Shown here in pieces: positions 10,403 through 21,220 of a stretch of 64,000 nucleotides of DNA. The position numbers were made by a program, and so were the translations under genes. Origin of the DNA: a virus. The stretch's first letter is position 1, and every line of letters starts with the position of its first letter. The notes below the pieces were generated by a model, which saw only the letters and a program-made list of their open reading frames with translations, made no database searches and was not told the DNA's origin. The stretch lies in the IMG/VR virus record IMGVR_UViG_3300035211_000097, positions 31,703 to 95,702 of that record. One strand, given 5' to 3'.

Positions 10403-11245
10403 ATGAAAAAACGGCATGTAGGTTTTCAGACGGTACCACAAAATAGCATGAAGAACCTGAACAAGAAGCGGATAGTCAGAGAGATGGTTCTGGCTACTGT
10501 GAAAAAGGTTCATCCCGATAGATACACTTGTGATGTTACTACCGAAAACGGCAGTGTAATGAAAAACGTTCCGGTCATGGCTGAGTGTGGTTTAATTGGT
10601 GATACTCAGGAGATATACGGAACTTTTGATATGCCAGAAGTAGAATCTTCTGTAATAATTATATTTGTTGGAGGCACTGCCGATAAACCCTTAATTATTA
10701 ACGCTTCCTTTTTTCCTTATTTGTACGATGCATACGGTAAAAGTCAGACAGCAGTAAATTCTTCCAGTAAAGCAGAGACAAAAAAACTTTTGGAAGAGGG
10801 AAAAGAACGTTATTACCGTAAGATTTTCAAGAGTGGTACGACCGTGGAGGTCACGGATGATGGTACAATTAAAGTAGAGGTACCGAGTGGTTCCATTGTT
10901 ACTGTGGATGAGAGTAGTGACCTTATATCTATAAAGCATAATAACGGGTCTGAAATACTCGTTGATGTCAATATGTCTGTTAAGCATAATAATGGTTCCG
11001 AGATCGTCATAAACGGTTCTGAGCTGTCTGTTACACATAATAATGGGTCTAAAGTTACGATTGATGGTATCGGGATATCAGTGAAACATACCAGTGGGCC
11101 TGAGGTATATGTGGATGTTACTGGTATTACCTTGAAATCAGGGGACGCTACTATATGGCAACCGAACACATTACCCGCATGTTTGTTTTCAGGTGCGCCT
11201 CATGGTGGTGTTTCTGGTGGTATTTCGAAACTAAAGGGCGGTTGA
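10403..11245 (+). CDS. Baseplate central spike (gpV/gp5-like)
   Basis: N-terminal OB-like segment, beta-helix repeats (KHNNGSEI, KHNNGSEI, THNNGSKV, KHTSGPEV), C-terminal CLFSGAPH apex. Confidence 0.75.
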   Translation: MKKRHVGFQTVPQNSMKNLNKKRIVREMVLATVKKVHPDRYTCDVTTENGSVMKNVPVMAECGLIGDTQEIYGTFDMPEVESSVIIIFVGGTADKPLIINASFFPYLYDAYGKSQTAVNSSSKAETKKLLEEGKERYYRKIFKSGTTVEVTDDGTIKVEVPSGSIVTVDESSDLISIKHNNGSEILVDVNMSVKHNNGSEIVINGSELSVTHNNGSKVTIDGIGISVKHTSGPEVYVDVTGITLKSGDATIWQPNTLPACLFSGAPHGGVSGGISKLKGG

Positions 11246-11246
11246 T

Positions 11247-12029
11247 TTGGGAACTGATGTTTTAGGTATAAACATTCTTAATGCTATAGACGCTCTCTCG
11301 TCTCCGAATAAATTAGTTCGTGCTGAGTTGATGAAAGCTCTGGGTAATGCTATAGAGGATTATTATTATCCATTACTTCCAGTTAGTATAACAGGACACG
11401 TAATAGATTATCCCGGAAGTTCAGCCCCGACTGGGTATTTAAAATGTGATGGATCATCGGTAAGCAGAACAACATATGCTACATTATTTTCTGTGATAGG
11501 GACTACTTTTGGTTCCGGGGACGGCTCTACTACATTTAATCTGCCGAATTTAACTGTTCCTTTATCAAGGTTATCACATGTCAGGGTAGAAAAAAATGCA
11601 GCACAAACAGTGGCTAATACTGCGGAAAAACTTATATATGGTTCTACTATTTATGATGTATACAGCGAATGGGATTCTACAAATAATCGCTTTGTGGCAT
11701 CTCAAGATGGATATTATATGTTTACATCCATGGTACAGAGTCAAAATTATTCAGAAACTACCGGCGATTATATGCACATGGAAATATATATAAATGGAAC
11801 AAAAGCAGTTCGTATGAACAAGCATGCTGTTCAATATGGGGGTACTCGTTACTGGGCATTTATCGGGGCGACTCCCTTATTTATGAATAAGGATGACTAT
11901 GCAGAAAATTGGTGGTTCGGCACAGGTTTGGGTGCGATGAATATTAGTGCTACTGGGGAGCATAATTATTTTACGATTGATCAGCAGGTGTCCGCAGATC
12001 CTAATTTGACACGTATAATTAAAACATAA
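11247..12029 (+). CDS. Tail-collar-domain fibre protein with C-terminal beta-sandwich (C1q-like)
   Basis: APTGYLKCDGSSVSRTTYATLFSVIGTTFGSGDGSTTFNLPNL is the phage tail collar motif; FVASQDGYYMF is C1q-like. Confidence 0.8.
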   Translation: MGTDVLGINILNAIDALSSPNKLVRAELMKALGNAIEDYYYPLLPVSITGHVIDYPGSSAPTGYLKCDGSSVSRTTYATLFSVIGTTFGSGDGSTTFNLPNLTVPLSRLSHVRVEKNAAQTVANTAEKLIYGSTIYDVYSEWDSTNNRFVASQDGYYMFTSMVQSQNYSETTGDYMHMEIYINGTKAVRMNKHAVQYGGTRYWAFIGATPLFMNKDDYAENWWFGTGLGAMNISATGEHNYFTIDQQVSADPNLTRIIKT

Positions 12030-12038
12030 GAGGGGAAG

Positions 12039-13763
12039 ATGAACGTTTTAGAAAAGAGTTGGCTTTTTGAAGTCGTAGATAGAAAGACAAACTTGATACA
12101 GGAATCTTTTACTCTGGTACTCCCTCCGAAAGCTGTTACTGTAAAGGAAGGGCAACGTGTCAGTATCACAAAGACTTTTGGTGAACCACACATAGACGAT
12201 TATGGGGCTGATAATATCCAGTTGACTATAAAAGCAGAGTCTGGTACAGCGAATAAATTACCGACATTTAAGACTTCAGGGGTGTCCGGGGCTACTTCTT
12301 CGTTTGCTGCCAGTTCACAGACATATACAGGTCGGGAGGCTTTTCAGGAATTTAGAGACAATATAATGCGGTATCGTACAAAGCATAAAAATAAATATGA
12401 CAGATATGATTTGCACGTATACGATTTTGAGGATGAGTCTGCTTATGTTTGTTCTCTACTTGATTTTTCTCTGGAAAGGGTTGCCAGTACTCCATTAAGG
12501 TATCCTTTTACCATTTCTCTTTTTGTAAAGAAATTGATGAATGCTGCGTTGCGATGGAATGCTGCTGACAAAATATTAGGACAAAAATATGGTATTGATG
12601 ATGCCATCAAAGCGATAAACACAGCAATAGAAGCAGTGGACAACGTAGGTAGTTTATTGGACAAAATATCTGTGGAAGCAGTTTTTAACGCTGACAATCC
12701 TGTACTGAGGGCCTTAAACGCTCTGTCCAGTTTGAATGCTGCCGGTCAGCGATTTATCGGGAAAACAAAACAGCTTGGATTACAGCTTGATTTAATAAAA
12801 TCACGAGCGCAGAGTTATGTAGACGATGTGCAGGGAATTGTACAGTTTCCTGCCGATCTCATTAAGTCAGCAGCTGATCTGGCTTTTGAGATTGCTGTGA
12901 TTCCATCAGAAATAGTTGACTCAGCCGTGAACTCTTTTAACGATACGGTAGAGGCTTATGCAGAGATTGTGGATCATTTTAAAAGGATAGGTAATTCTAT
13001 CAGCAGGGCGTATATAGCATCGTTCAATATCGACTCAAAGAAGACAGAGGCTTCCGTGTATCCTACTGATGACGGAGACCCGGCACCACCTACTGAATCT
13101 CAGTTGCTGGGGAATTCTACTTTACTTGCTGGTACTTCTGATCTTGCTTTTTTAACAGATACAGAAACCAGTGAAATTGTTAAGTATAACAGTGAAACTA
13201 CTGTCATTGTCCGGGAGGGTATGACATTAGAGAATATTGCGAATGATGTCGGTTTGGATGACTGGGTAGCCATGGCTTCACATATGGGTATTACAAACAA
13301 TGACTTATATCCCGGAATGGAGCTTACAGTTCCTATCATAATTCCTGAATCTTCTATCGCTCAGAATGAATCTTTCATTTTAAGTGAGGGAGGCATAGAA
13401 GTTTACGGTAGGGATTTACAGGTTGATGATGACGGTGATCTGGTGGTACTGGAAAGTGGTTTATTAGGAACCATAGAAGGTGTTGAGAATGTAAAACTGG
13501 CAATAGATCGCAGATTAAAAACAGGAATAGGTAGCCTTGTCAAAAATACCGCTTATGGATTGTCGATTACAGTCGGTAATGCTGGTACAGTTATGGCTAT
13601 TAAATATTTGAAAATGGCTGTGGAATCTACCATTTTGGCTGATCCACGAATTTCTTCTGTATCAAACATCGATGTGTATACTGAAGGGGACACTTTTAAA
13701 GTGAGCTGTACCTTGCAGTTGACTGCGTTGGTTACTACAGAATATGTAGGGAGTTTAATCTAA
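12039..13763 (+). CDS. Baseplate protein with LysM-like and C-terminal gp25-like wedge domain
   Basis: VREGMTLENIA...LYPGMELTVP (LysM-like); C-terminal ILADPRISSV (gp25/DUF2634-like). Confidence 0.65.
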   Translation: MNVLEKSWLFEVVDRKTNLIQESFTLVLPPKAVTVKEGQRVSITKTFGEPHIDDYGADNIQLTIKAESGTANKLPTFKTSGVSGATSSFAASSQTYTGREAFQEFRDNIMRYRTKHKNKYDRYDLHVYDFEDESAYVCSLLDFSLERVASTPLRYPFTISLFVKKLMNAALRWNAADKILGQKYGIDDAIKAINTAIEAVDNVGSLLDKISVEAVFNADNPVLRALNALSSLNAAGQRFIGKTKQLGLQLDLIKSRAQSYVDDVQGIVQFPADLIKSAADLAFEIAVIPSEIVDSAVNSFNDTVEAYAEIVDHFKRIGNSISRAYIASFNIDSKKTEASVYPTDDGDPAPPTESQLLGNSTLLAGTSDLAFLTDTETSEIVKYNSETTVIVREGMTLENIANDVGLDDWVAMASHMGITNNDLYPGMELTVPIIIPESSIAQNESFILSEGGIEVYGRDLQVDDDGDLVVLESGLLGTIEGVENVKLAIDRRLKTGIGSLVKNTAYGLSITVGNAGTVMAIKYLKMAVESTILADPRISSVSNIDVYTEGDTFKVSCTLQLTALVTTEYVGSLI

Positions 13764-14845
13764 TGGCTTTCGGAATAAAGAGTTTTAATACAATCGTAAG
13801 TGACATGGTCGCTTATATTACGCTTCATTCTTCCAAGATAACTGATTTCAGTCCGGGGAGTATTATGCGGTCAATGCTGGAAGGTGTTGGTATTGCTCTG
13901 GAAGATTTTTATTTTGCTACATATGTAGGGTTTAAAAATTATCTTCAGAACATACAAAAATATGTCTTTGATTTTCCACGAAAGGAGGGGCAGAAAGCTA
14001 CTGTAAATGTGGTTTTCAGCAGGACAGATACATCTTCGAGCGCAACGATCCCGGCAGGTACTGAGGTGCAGACAGCTACGGGCTTGAAATTTTATACTAC
14101 AACTCTGGTAACCATTAATGTAGGGGTTACTGATTCTGTGGCTACTGAAGTGGAAGCGGAGATTGTCGGTAAGGATTATAATGTAGGTGCTGGGACTATT
14201 AATTTGATTTCTTCAGCAGTGCCTCATGTGGACACGGTTACTAATGCAGCTTCAGCAGCAGGCGGTATCGATCAGGAAAGTGATATCTCGTACAAGGCTC
14301 GGTTCCAGCTGTATATTGAAGGATTGGGCCGATGTAATGTTGCCGGTTTACGAGCAGCTGCATTAGGTGTTGAGGGTGTAACTTCAGCTTATGTGGAAGA
14401 GCATTTTCCTCCGATCAGTGATGTGAATGCTACAATGTACATTGACGATGGTTCAGCTGGCGGTGCCAGTGCTGCGTTGGTTCAGGAAATTCAGGATTTA
14501 ATAGATGGGGACGGGACAGAAGACAATCCCGGATACAGAGCTGCCGGGGTACAGATAATAGTTGTGGCCCCTACAGTAATTCTACAGAATGTCACGGCTA
14601 CTATCGAATTGCTTACTGATATCGATCCAGCGAATGTAGACACTCAGATTAAAGAAGCCATCACTTTTTATATGGCCTCTCTGGGAGTGGATCAGGAAAT
14701 TGTCAGGGAAGAAATAGATTATGCTATAATGAATGTACACGGTGTTTATAATTGCGAGGTCACAATACCAGCAACAGATGTGGCTATCGGTGCTAATCAG
14801 GTAGGGCGTGTGGGTACCTTCAGTTTTACTTATATTGAGGTGTAA
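13763..14845 (+). CDS. Baseplate J-like protein
   Basis: TDFSPGSIMRSMLE, IPAGTEV and GGIDQESDISYKARF motifs. Confidence 0.88.
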   Translation: MAFGIKSFNTIVSDMVAYITLHSSKITDFSPGSIMRSMLEGVGIALEDFYFATYVGFKNYLQNIQKYVFDFPRKEGQKATVNVVFSRTDTSSSATIPAGTEVQTATGLKFYTTTLVTINVGVTDSVATEVEAEIVGKDYNVGAGTINLISSAVPHVDTVTNAASAAGGIDQESDISYKARFQLYIEGLGRCNVAGLRAAALGVEGVTSAYVEEHFPPISDVNATMYIDDGSAGGASAALVQEIQDLIDGDGTEDNPGYRAAGVQIIVVAPTVILQNVTATIELLTDIDPANVDTQIKEAITFYMASLGVDQEIVREEIDYAIMNVHGVYNCEVTIPATDVAIGANQVGRVGTFSFTYIEV

Positions 14846-14848
14846 ACA

Positions 14849-15631
14849 GTGAATGCTATTGATCTGTGTAATAAATCAGTAAACAAAAAAGCAGTTAACA
14901 TTTACGGTGAGAACTATGAAGCAGTTGTCGGGCAGGTAGAATTTACTCCTGAGCTGGTAATAGATGAATCGAAAGATTATAACTGCGGTGCTTTTTGTAA
15001 TGAGCTGGAATATGCCCGACTGGTCGCTACTTCCTACACAGAATCTATATCTATTGACGGAGCAGAGAACGGTGAGCTTGATTTGCTCGTAGACTCTTTT
15101 GTTAAACTGGAAAGGTTGATTTTGTACGAGAATGATGATGATTACCGGAACCGGTTTAAAGCTCTGGTTGTACAGAACAATATACCAGCATGGACAACAC
15201 GTACTGCTATTATGAACGCTCTGGGCTACTTTTTGCCGATAGAAAATATCTTTATCTGGGAGCCTTTCGATACACATGATTATTATTTTGAAGTACGGCT
15301 GAAGGGCTTGGAAGTTTTTGACGCTGATACTGCTTTTGTGGATCAGAATTATTTTGATAATTGTTTCATAGGCGGTGCCGGGGTTGGTAAAGCTAAAATA
15401 TTTGCTGATGATATTTTACCACGGATCAGAGCTGCTGGTATCCAGCATAATGTTGTGATTGTGGATAATTCATCTGAAACTATTTTCTCAGATGCATTCT
15501 TGTTGTCTACAAGAATACCTATATTGTCTGATGCAAATATTTTATGTATCAGCACAGACACAATCCTGTCAGACGCTGTGGTAATCGCTCTGGGAACAGA
15601 TACTATTACATCGGATGCAACGATAACATAA
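14849..15631 (+). CDS. Baseplate wedge protein (gpI/gp48-like)
   Basis: ENDDDYRNRF and RIRAAGI motifs; four C-terminal xIxSDA repeats. Confidence 0.6.
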   Translation: MNAIDLCNKSVNKKAVNIYGENYEAVVGQVEFTPELVIDESKDYNCGAFCNELEYARLVATSYTESISIDGAENGELDLLVDSFVKLERLILYENDDDYRNRFKALVVQNNIPAWTTRTAIMNALGYFLPIENIFIWEPFDTHDYYFEVRLKGLEVFDADTAFVDQNYFDNCFIGGAGVGKAKIFADDILPRIRAAGIQHNVVIVDNSSETIFSDAFLLSTRIPILSDANILCISTDTILSDAVVIALGTDTITSDATIT

Positions 15632-15640
15632 GGATTTTAT

Positions 15641-17464
15641 ATGAAGTTTAACGAGGGAAAAGGGTTATATACATTAAATGTTCTGACAGATGAACAGGTG
15701 ACCAAGAAGGACTTGGACGGCTTTGTGGTGTCAAAGTATAAAAATGCCAACTTTCACCTCACAGCGATAGCACAGCGAGGGCTCGTGGCGAATTACAGGC
15801 AGGAGAGGATTACCGGGGTATGCTTCACCGGGGTACATTGTGTACCGTACATATCCGGGCTTACTATTACCATATCTGCCGGGTGTGTAATGAGCTTTCT
15901 GGGTAGATATGTGACAAGCGATTACTGGGGATATTTGAACGCACCCGGTGAGAGCTTTTTCGTTATTCTTACCGACACGACTGCTTCTTTTGCTACTGCT
16001 GATCTTACATCTGACAGATATGATACCGTACAGGTTCGTCCGGTAATCACTTCTTCAATAGCTAAAGAGCGTGACTTTTTAAATCCGTTCGATCTGTCTA
16101 TCTCTCCGACAACAATCGACACAAAAAGAAGCGTTACTTTCGAGGTGAGTGTAATTACAGGTACGCCGGGTGCAGGTGTGGCTCCGGCTACAGTAGAGGG
16201 GTATATCAAGATCGCTGAGGTTAAGATACCAGCGAATGCTACCGGTTTGACGGCTACTGAAGTGTTCGGAATACGTGATTGTAACTTGTGGACTACAGAA
16301 GAAAACAGCATGCACTATCTGAATGATTTTCTTTTGAATGAACACTCAAAAAGTTCATATCAGGCCAGATATAATCAACAGAGATTTTTGACTATACCGA
16401 GTGCTTCAGCACCTACAGGTATGGATATTCGTGCAGGTGTTCCACGGAAAAACATAGCATATTCCAAGCAGCTGGGAATTTATTTATTTCCTTATGTCAG
16501 TACAGTTTCTAATCAGGGAATTCTTAAATCACCGAATATGCTGTATTGGAGAACAGATCACACGAATACACCTACTCCGGGGTCTGATACTTACGGCACG
16601 GTATTCTGGGATGATAGCCTTGAATTATTTATAGCTGCTGGTATTAATGGTACCACAGGATATATACATACTTCTCCGGGAGGGACTATATGGACACAGA
16701 GATTGTCAATTACAGTAGACTCTGGGTCTACTCCGAGCGAGATTATCCGGGTACATAAAGAGGGTGTTGTAGCCTGTGGCTTTGTTGTGAGTGGAGGCGT
16801 TAATCTGTACTCATCTATTAACGGAACTTCGTGGAGTCTGGAAGCCTCTGCAATTGTTAACTCAGACGGACATTGCAGGCTGATAAGTAATGAAAGAACA
16901 GGGACAGTAATATGCCTTGGCCGAAAAAGCACAGGTGGTGATTATCTGGCCATTTGTTATACCACTATTGATGCATGGCAGAATATATCAAGTAATTTGC
17001 CGTTGTATTCAGTGTTTAGTGGATCGGCTACTTACGTGAGATACTGTGATATTGCTTACAATAAATATCTGGATTTGTATGTGATTGCTGGATATTATGA
17101 TGTAGGTGGTAATGTTTATCCGTGTATGATTTATTCACATGATGGTGAATTCTGGGGAATTTCTAATATGGAGAATTCACCTTCTGCGTTTACTTCATTA
17201 GAAATGATTGTGGTATCTATTGACGGAGGTTTTGTCTGTTATTCTATATCCAATTTAACTGTCATGGGCGGTATTTGGAAATCAGCTACAGGTATTGACT
17301 GGGAAAATGTGGACGATGAAATGACCACAAGGCTGGAAGGAATAAAAGACTCTACATATACTTTTGGAGTTGATGATATTTTAATCTGTGAATGCAATCA
17401 CAATGAAGTAACCGGGGTGTTTATGATTGACTCTGGTACAATGCAGGAAGCATGGTTTATATAG
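15641..17464 (+). CDS. Receptor-binding/tail fibre protein 1 (beta-propeller C-terminus)
   Basis: Shares N-terminal domain (APATVEGYIKIAEV) with the next two genes; Asp-box-like S-x-D/N-G-x-x-W repeats. Confidence 0.65.
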   Translation: MKFNEGKGLYTLNVLTDEQVTKKDLDGFVVSKYKNANFHLTAIAQRGLVANYRQERITGVCFTGVHCVPYISGLTITISAGCVMSFLGRYVTSDYWGYLNAPGESFFVILTDTTASFATADLTSDRYDTVQVRPVITSSIAKERDFLNPFDLSISPTTIDTKRSVTFEVSVITGTPGAGVAPATVEGYIKIAEVKIPANATGLTATEVFGIRDCNLWTTEENSMHYLNDFLLNEHSKSSYQARYNQQRFLTIPSASAPTGMDIRAGVPRKNIAYSKQLGIYLFPYVSTVSNQGILKSPNMLYWRTDHTNTPTPGSDTYGTVFWDDSLELFIAAGINGTTGYIHTSPGGTIWTQRLSITVDSGSTPSEIIRVHKEGVVACGFVVSGGVNLYSSINGTSWSLEASAIVNSDGHCRLISNERTGTVICLGRKSTGGDYLAICYTTIDAWQNISSNLPLYSVFSGSATYVRYCDIAYNKYLDLYVIAGYYDVGGNVYPCMIYSHDGEFWGISNMENSPSAFTSLEMIVVSIDGGFVCYSISNLTVMGGIWKSATGIDWENVDDEMTTRLEGIKDSTYTFGVDDILICECNHNEVTGVFMIDSGTMQEAWFI

Positions 17465-17473
17465 AGGTGGTGT

Positions 17474-19306
17474 ATGAGATTAAATGACGGCAGAGGTTTG
17501 ATGAGTCACAGATACAATACTGATGAAATTGTGTCTGTAGAAGATTTTAAAAACATGTCGATAGTGGAACAGAGAAACCTGACTAATTTTTTGGCATTGT
17601 ATGTCATGAACACTTTTTCTACTGAAGAGCTTATAACCAATGATCTTTTTAATGTTTGTCTGGGAGGTGTTACTATACAGCAGACAGACTGGGATAATAG
17701 TTTAGGAATGACTATAAATATATTACCGGGTGTCATTTTGTCTTTTAATGGGTATTTGAACAGTGCAGACTGGTCGTTGGTTCCCGGAGATGGTGAAGTG
17801 ACTGCTGTATGTGTACCTGATGATATGGAACTTGTATGTTCTCCCATGGCTCTGAATTACAGGGGTAATGTAGAAATACGATGTATCAGGGATACGCTTG
17901 AAGAGAGTAATCGCAAATTTAGAAATCCTTCCACTCTGGCTGTTACTGAGTCTGATATAGATACTCGTGCACATTTCACGATACAAGCACAGTTTGTGGC
18001 TGGTACTTCTATTACAGCCCCAGCGGTAACAGCAGGATGGATAAAAATTGCAGAGGTAGAAACTAATTCCGGTGATCAGGCCGTTATGTCTCTGTATGAA
18101 ATAGATCAATGGACAAGTGGAGCAGACACCGTTAAGCATATAAACTCAGTGGAGCGTAATGCTTTAACTGAACATCTTCCTATGTTCAAGGCCGGGGTAC
18201 AAGGCGCAGAGTCTACACAGTTTGTGCATGCTACTTATGATAGAGTACAGGGAAAAGCGTTGTGGTCGGCTGAAAAAGACAGTTACTATTTAGCCTCAGA
18301 ATTGGACGGAACTTCATCTTATTGGAGCTTTGGATATTCTCAGAATGGCAAGGACTGGACTTTTAACGATATTTCAGGTGATCTTGCTACTGTATATGAC
18401 TTGGCCTACAGTCCTGTCTTAGACAGATTTGTTGTTGCTGGTTTGAATGCTTCTGGGGGTATTGTCTTCTTTTATTCAGATGTAGGTAGTGTGACTACTT
18501 TTACTTTTGTAGCTACAGCATATACTTCCAATGCGCACATAAAAAATATTATATGGAGTGAAAAATTACAGCAATTTGTAGCGGTCGGGGGTGAAACAAC
18601 TATTGGCACTTCTTTCTGTTTTATATCGTCTGACGGAATTTCATGGTCAGTAAATAATATATCTGCAATACAAAGATATGTGTCACAGATTACATATTCA
18701 GAAGCGTTTGGTTATTTTTGTGTTTTAGTTGGACACACGTCTAATGTTTACAGTTATACTTCTGAGGACTGTGTGACATGGACAGTAGGAACTAAAATAA
18801 ATGCGACGACAGCGACAGCGCATGATATAGATGATCCAAACGGCATTATACTGATGTATAATGAGTCACTGAATTTATGGGTTGCTGTTCTTAAAAGCAA
18901 TGTTACTGTAGATTATCTTGAGTCCAGTTATTCCCGTGATGGAGTAAATTGGAGCGGTGGTGTTTATGTCTGTCCTTTCGGAGCAATTGGTGATTATTAT
19001 GAAAGCGGTGCCTTGCATATACACGGATCAGAGTCTTTAGACTCCATAGGTGTCTTCATGATTGCCGGGTGGGAGGGAATTTCCTATTACACTAAAGACG
19101 GTGTGTCGTGGTATTCTTTAAGATCATCGATAATGAAATCAAGGTCATTAGATGGTCGTATAGGTTATGTCGCTGGGGCAGGGCAGGACAACAGGATATA
19201 TTCTCTGGTATGGAATTCATTACGTGCTGAGTTATTGGTTGTGAAAAAGCAGTCATTTTTTAATGGCGGTACTCCAAGCCCTCAGGTTATCGTGGAGGTT
19301 TGTTAA
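17474..19306 (+). CDS. Receptor-binding/tail fibre protein 2
   Basis: APAVTAGWIKIAEV; repeats SQNGKDW, SSDGISW, SRDGVNW, TKDGVSW. Confidence 0.65.
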   Translation: MRLNDGRGLMSHRYNTDEIVSVEDFKNMSIVEQRNLTNFLALYVMNTFSTEELITNDLFNVCLGGVTIQQTDWDNSLGMTINILPGVILSFNGYLNSADWSLVPGDGEVTAVCVPDDMELVCSPMALNYRGNVEIRCIRDTLEESNRKFRNPSTLAVTESDIDTRAHFTIQAQFVAGTSITAPAVTAGWIKIAEVETNSGDQAVMSLYEIDQWTSGADTVKHINSVERNALTEHLPMFKAGVQGAESTQFVHATYDRVQGKALWSAEKDSYYLASELDGTSSYWSFGYSQNGKDWTFNDISGDLATVYDLAYSPVLDRFVVAGLNASGGIVFFYSDVGSVTTFTFVATAYTSNAHIKNIIWSEKLQQFVAVGGETTIGTSFCFISSDGISWSVNNISAIQRYVSQITYSEAFGYFCVLVGHTSNVYSYTSEDCVTWTVGTKINATTATAHDIDDPNGIILMYNESLNLWVAVLKSNVTVDYLESSYSRDGVNWSGGVYVCPFGAIGDYYESGALHIHGSESLDSIGVFMIAGWEGISYYTKDGVSWYSLRSSIMKSRSLDGRIGYVAGAGQDNRIYSLVWNSLRAELLVVKKQSFFNGGTPSPQVIVEVC

Positions 19307-19308
19307 TT

Positions 19309-21219
19309 ATGGTTTTCGCAGACAGTGGGAAAATAAGTTCACCATTATGGTACATCAATGAAAAATTTATGTCTGAAGACATAGCGCAAATGACTCTGTT
19401 TGAATACGTAAATATGTGTAATATCCTGTCAGTGGCTTCTTTGGGATGCTATGGAGCTATTCGTCCCAAAGATGCAGAGCTTCCGGCAATATGCATGGGC
19501 GGTCTTGGTATAGAACACTATACCAGTATGACCCTTGTAGTACACACGGGATCAGTGGTCAGTTTTACCGGGTCATATGTTTATAACGAATTGTGGCAAT
19601 GGCATGCTGGGGCCGGGGAATCTTTTTTTGCCAGTGTAGCTAAAGCAGAAAGCCTTACCATTTCGGACGGAGATGCCAGTGATCGTATTGATATTATAGA
19701 AATACGTCCTGTAATGACTCCGTTTAAAGTCGATGCTCGTGATTATTACGGAGGAAGCACTGTTTATGATAATGTACTCACAGAGTTTGGTGTGGAAATA
19801 CAGGTAGTTGAAGGTACGCCGGGTACAGGAGCAGCCCCGTCCTCTACTGCTGGCTGGATAAAAATTGCTGAGGTGTACGTTCCTGCTTCAGCAACCAGTA
19901 TTACATCTGATGAGGTATTGGGAATAGGTGACTCTGATTTATGGACAACAGACACCAGACGAGTCAGGAACTTTACTAATATATTACAGAAAGACTCAGC
20001 ACAAATATTAAACAAAAAAAATATTCGTGGAAAGTTAAATTCTTTGATGATTAATCAGACCGATGATGATTGTACTGTGAATACGTCAATATTTTATTTA
20101 TCGGGAACCGGAGTACAGAATGGTCCTATTGAAGTAGTGGAGCGTGGAGAGGGTGATGACGGGTATGCTAATCAGCATTATGCACAAGCTATACTTAATG
20201 ATTCTGTTTTACCCTCTACTGCTTATAAAGAAGTTGCTTTTTATTCGTTCTGGTTTTACCCTAACAGCAATAGATATCAATGGGCTACTGCCACCCTTAT
20301 TGTCACATACACAGGATCAACACGAATACCGAATACAAGGTATACATACTTTCTGTCTAATCGTGATAATTTAACATCCGCAGTGGATCGACTGAGAGGG
20401 TCTACGAGTGGAGACAGGACAATAGTGGTCGTTCACACGTTTACAAATGCAGGCGGTCTGTTTGACATTTTGTATGATGATGTTCATGACAGGTTGGTTA
20501 CAGTGGGTGGTTACTCATCTACCAAACATGCTATCGTGTCTGCTGTTTGTTATGATACCGTAAACCTCACTGGTTTTACTTCTCAGGAACAGGCATACCC
20601 AAACATTCCTTATGATCAGTTTACTATTTTAAAAGGGGTTACTTTGTGTAGAGTAGACAACAAATTATGGGCGTGTGCTTCGTGTGATACTTCTCCGACA
20701 CGAGCTTTAATTTTTTCATCTCCTGACGGCCTTAACTGGACTTTTGAAAGCGAGATTTATCACACTACTATTAATATAGAGCCTCACAAAATCCTGTGGA
20801 GTATACAGTTTGAAAAGTTCTTTTTAACTGTTTCAGATGACAGCTCGAAAACACTTAAGATATACACATCTCCTGACGGTGTGGCATGGACATTATCATA
20901 TCAAGGAATTTCTGATACCAATGATTATACCCCGAACAGAATGAAAGAAATTACCGAGCTTGGCGGTGTGTTTATATTGGCCCCGTCTGCTGATTATGGT
21001 ATGGCATTTATATTTACTCTGGACGGTGTCGAATGGCACAGAGTTGATGATATTATAAAAGTTCCGAATGATACTGTGTCCGCAAGCACTGTTTCTTTAA
21101 TATCAAATGATTATCCGCAGTACAATGATTTTGCATATATTCCTCTGCGCCATGGTTTTTTCATAGGGGGACAGATGGAAGGGTCTACCCGTACTTTTGC
21201 GGTGGCAATGGGAGGATAA
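19309..21219 (+). CDS. Receptor-binding/tail fibre protein 3
   Basis: APSSTAGWIKIAEV; repeats SPDGLNW, SPDGVAW, TLDGVEW; ATG 19309 follows GGAGG. Confidence 0.65.
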   Translation: MVFADSGKISSPLWYINEKFMSEDIAQMTLFEYVNMCNILSVASLGCYGAIRPKDAELPAICMGGLGIEHYTSMTLVVHTGSVVSFTGSYVYNELWQWHAGAGESFFASVAKAESLTISDGDASDRIDIIEIRPVMTPFKVDARDYYGGSTVYDNVLTEFGVEIQVVEGTPGTGAAPSSTAGWIKIAEVYVPASATSITSDEVLGIGDSDLWTTDTRRVRNFTNILQKDSAQILNKKNIRGKLNSLMINQTDDDCTVNTSIFYLSGTGVQNGPIEVVERGEGDDGYANQHYAQAILNDSVLPSTAYKEVAFYSFWFYPNSNRYQWATATLIVTYTGSTRIPNTRYTYFLSNRDNLTSAVDRLRGSTSGDRTIVVVHTFTNAGGLFDILYDDVHDRLVTVGGYSSTKHAIVSAVCYDTVNLTGFTSQEQAYPNIPYDQFTILKGVTLCRVDNKLWACASCDTSPTRALIFSSPDGLNWTFESEIYHTTINIEPHKILWSIQFEKFFLTVSDDSSKTLKIYTSPDGVAWTLSYQGISDTNDYTPNRMKEITELGGVFILAPSADYGMAFIFTLDGVEWHRVDDIIKVPNDTVSASTVSLISNDYPQYNDFAYIPLRHGFFIGGQMEGSTRTFAVAMGG

Positions 21220-21220
21220 A

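Noticed and set aside
15641-21219. Diversity-generating retroelement or invertible shufflon acting on fibres
   Set aside because: No reverse transcriptase, invertase, template/variable repeat pair or inverted fibre modules seen.
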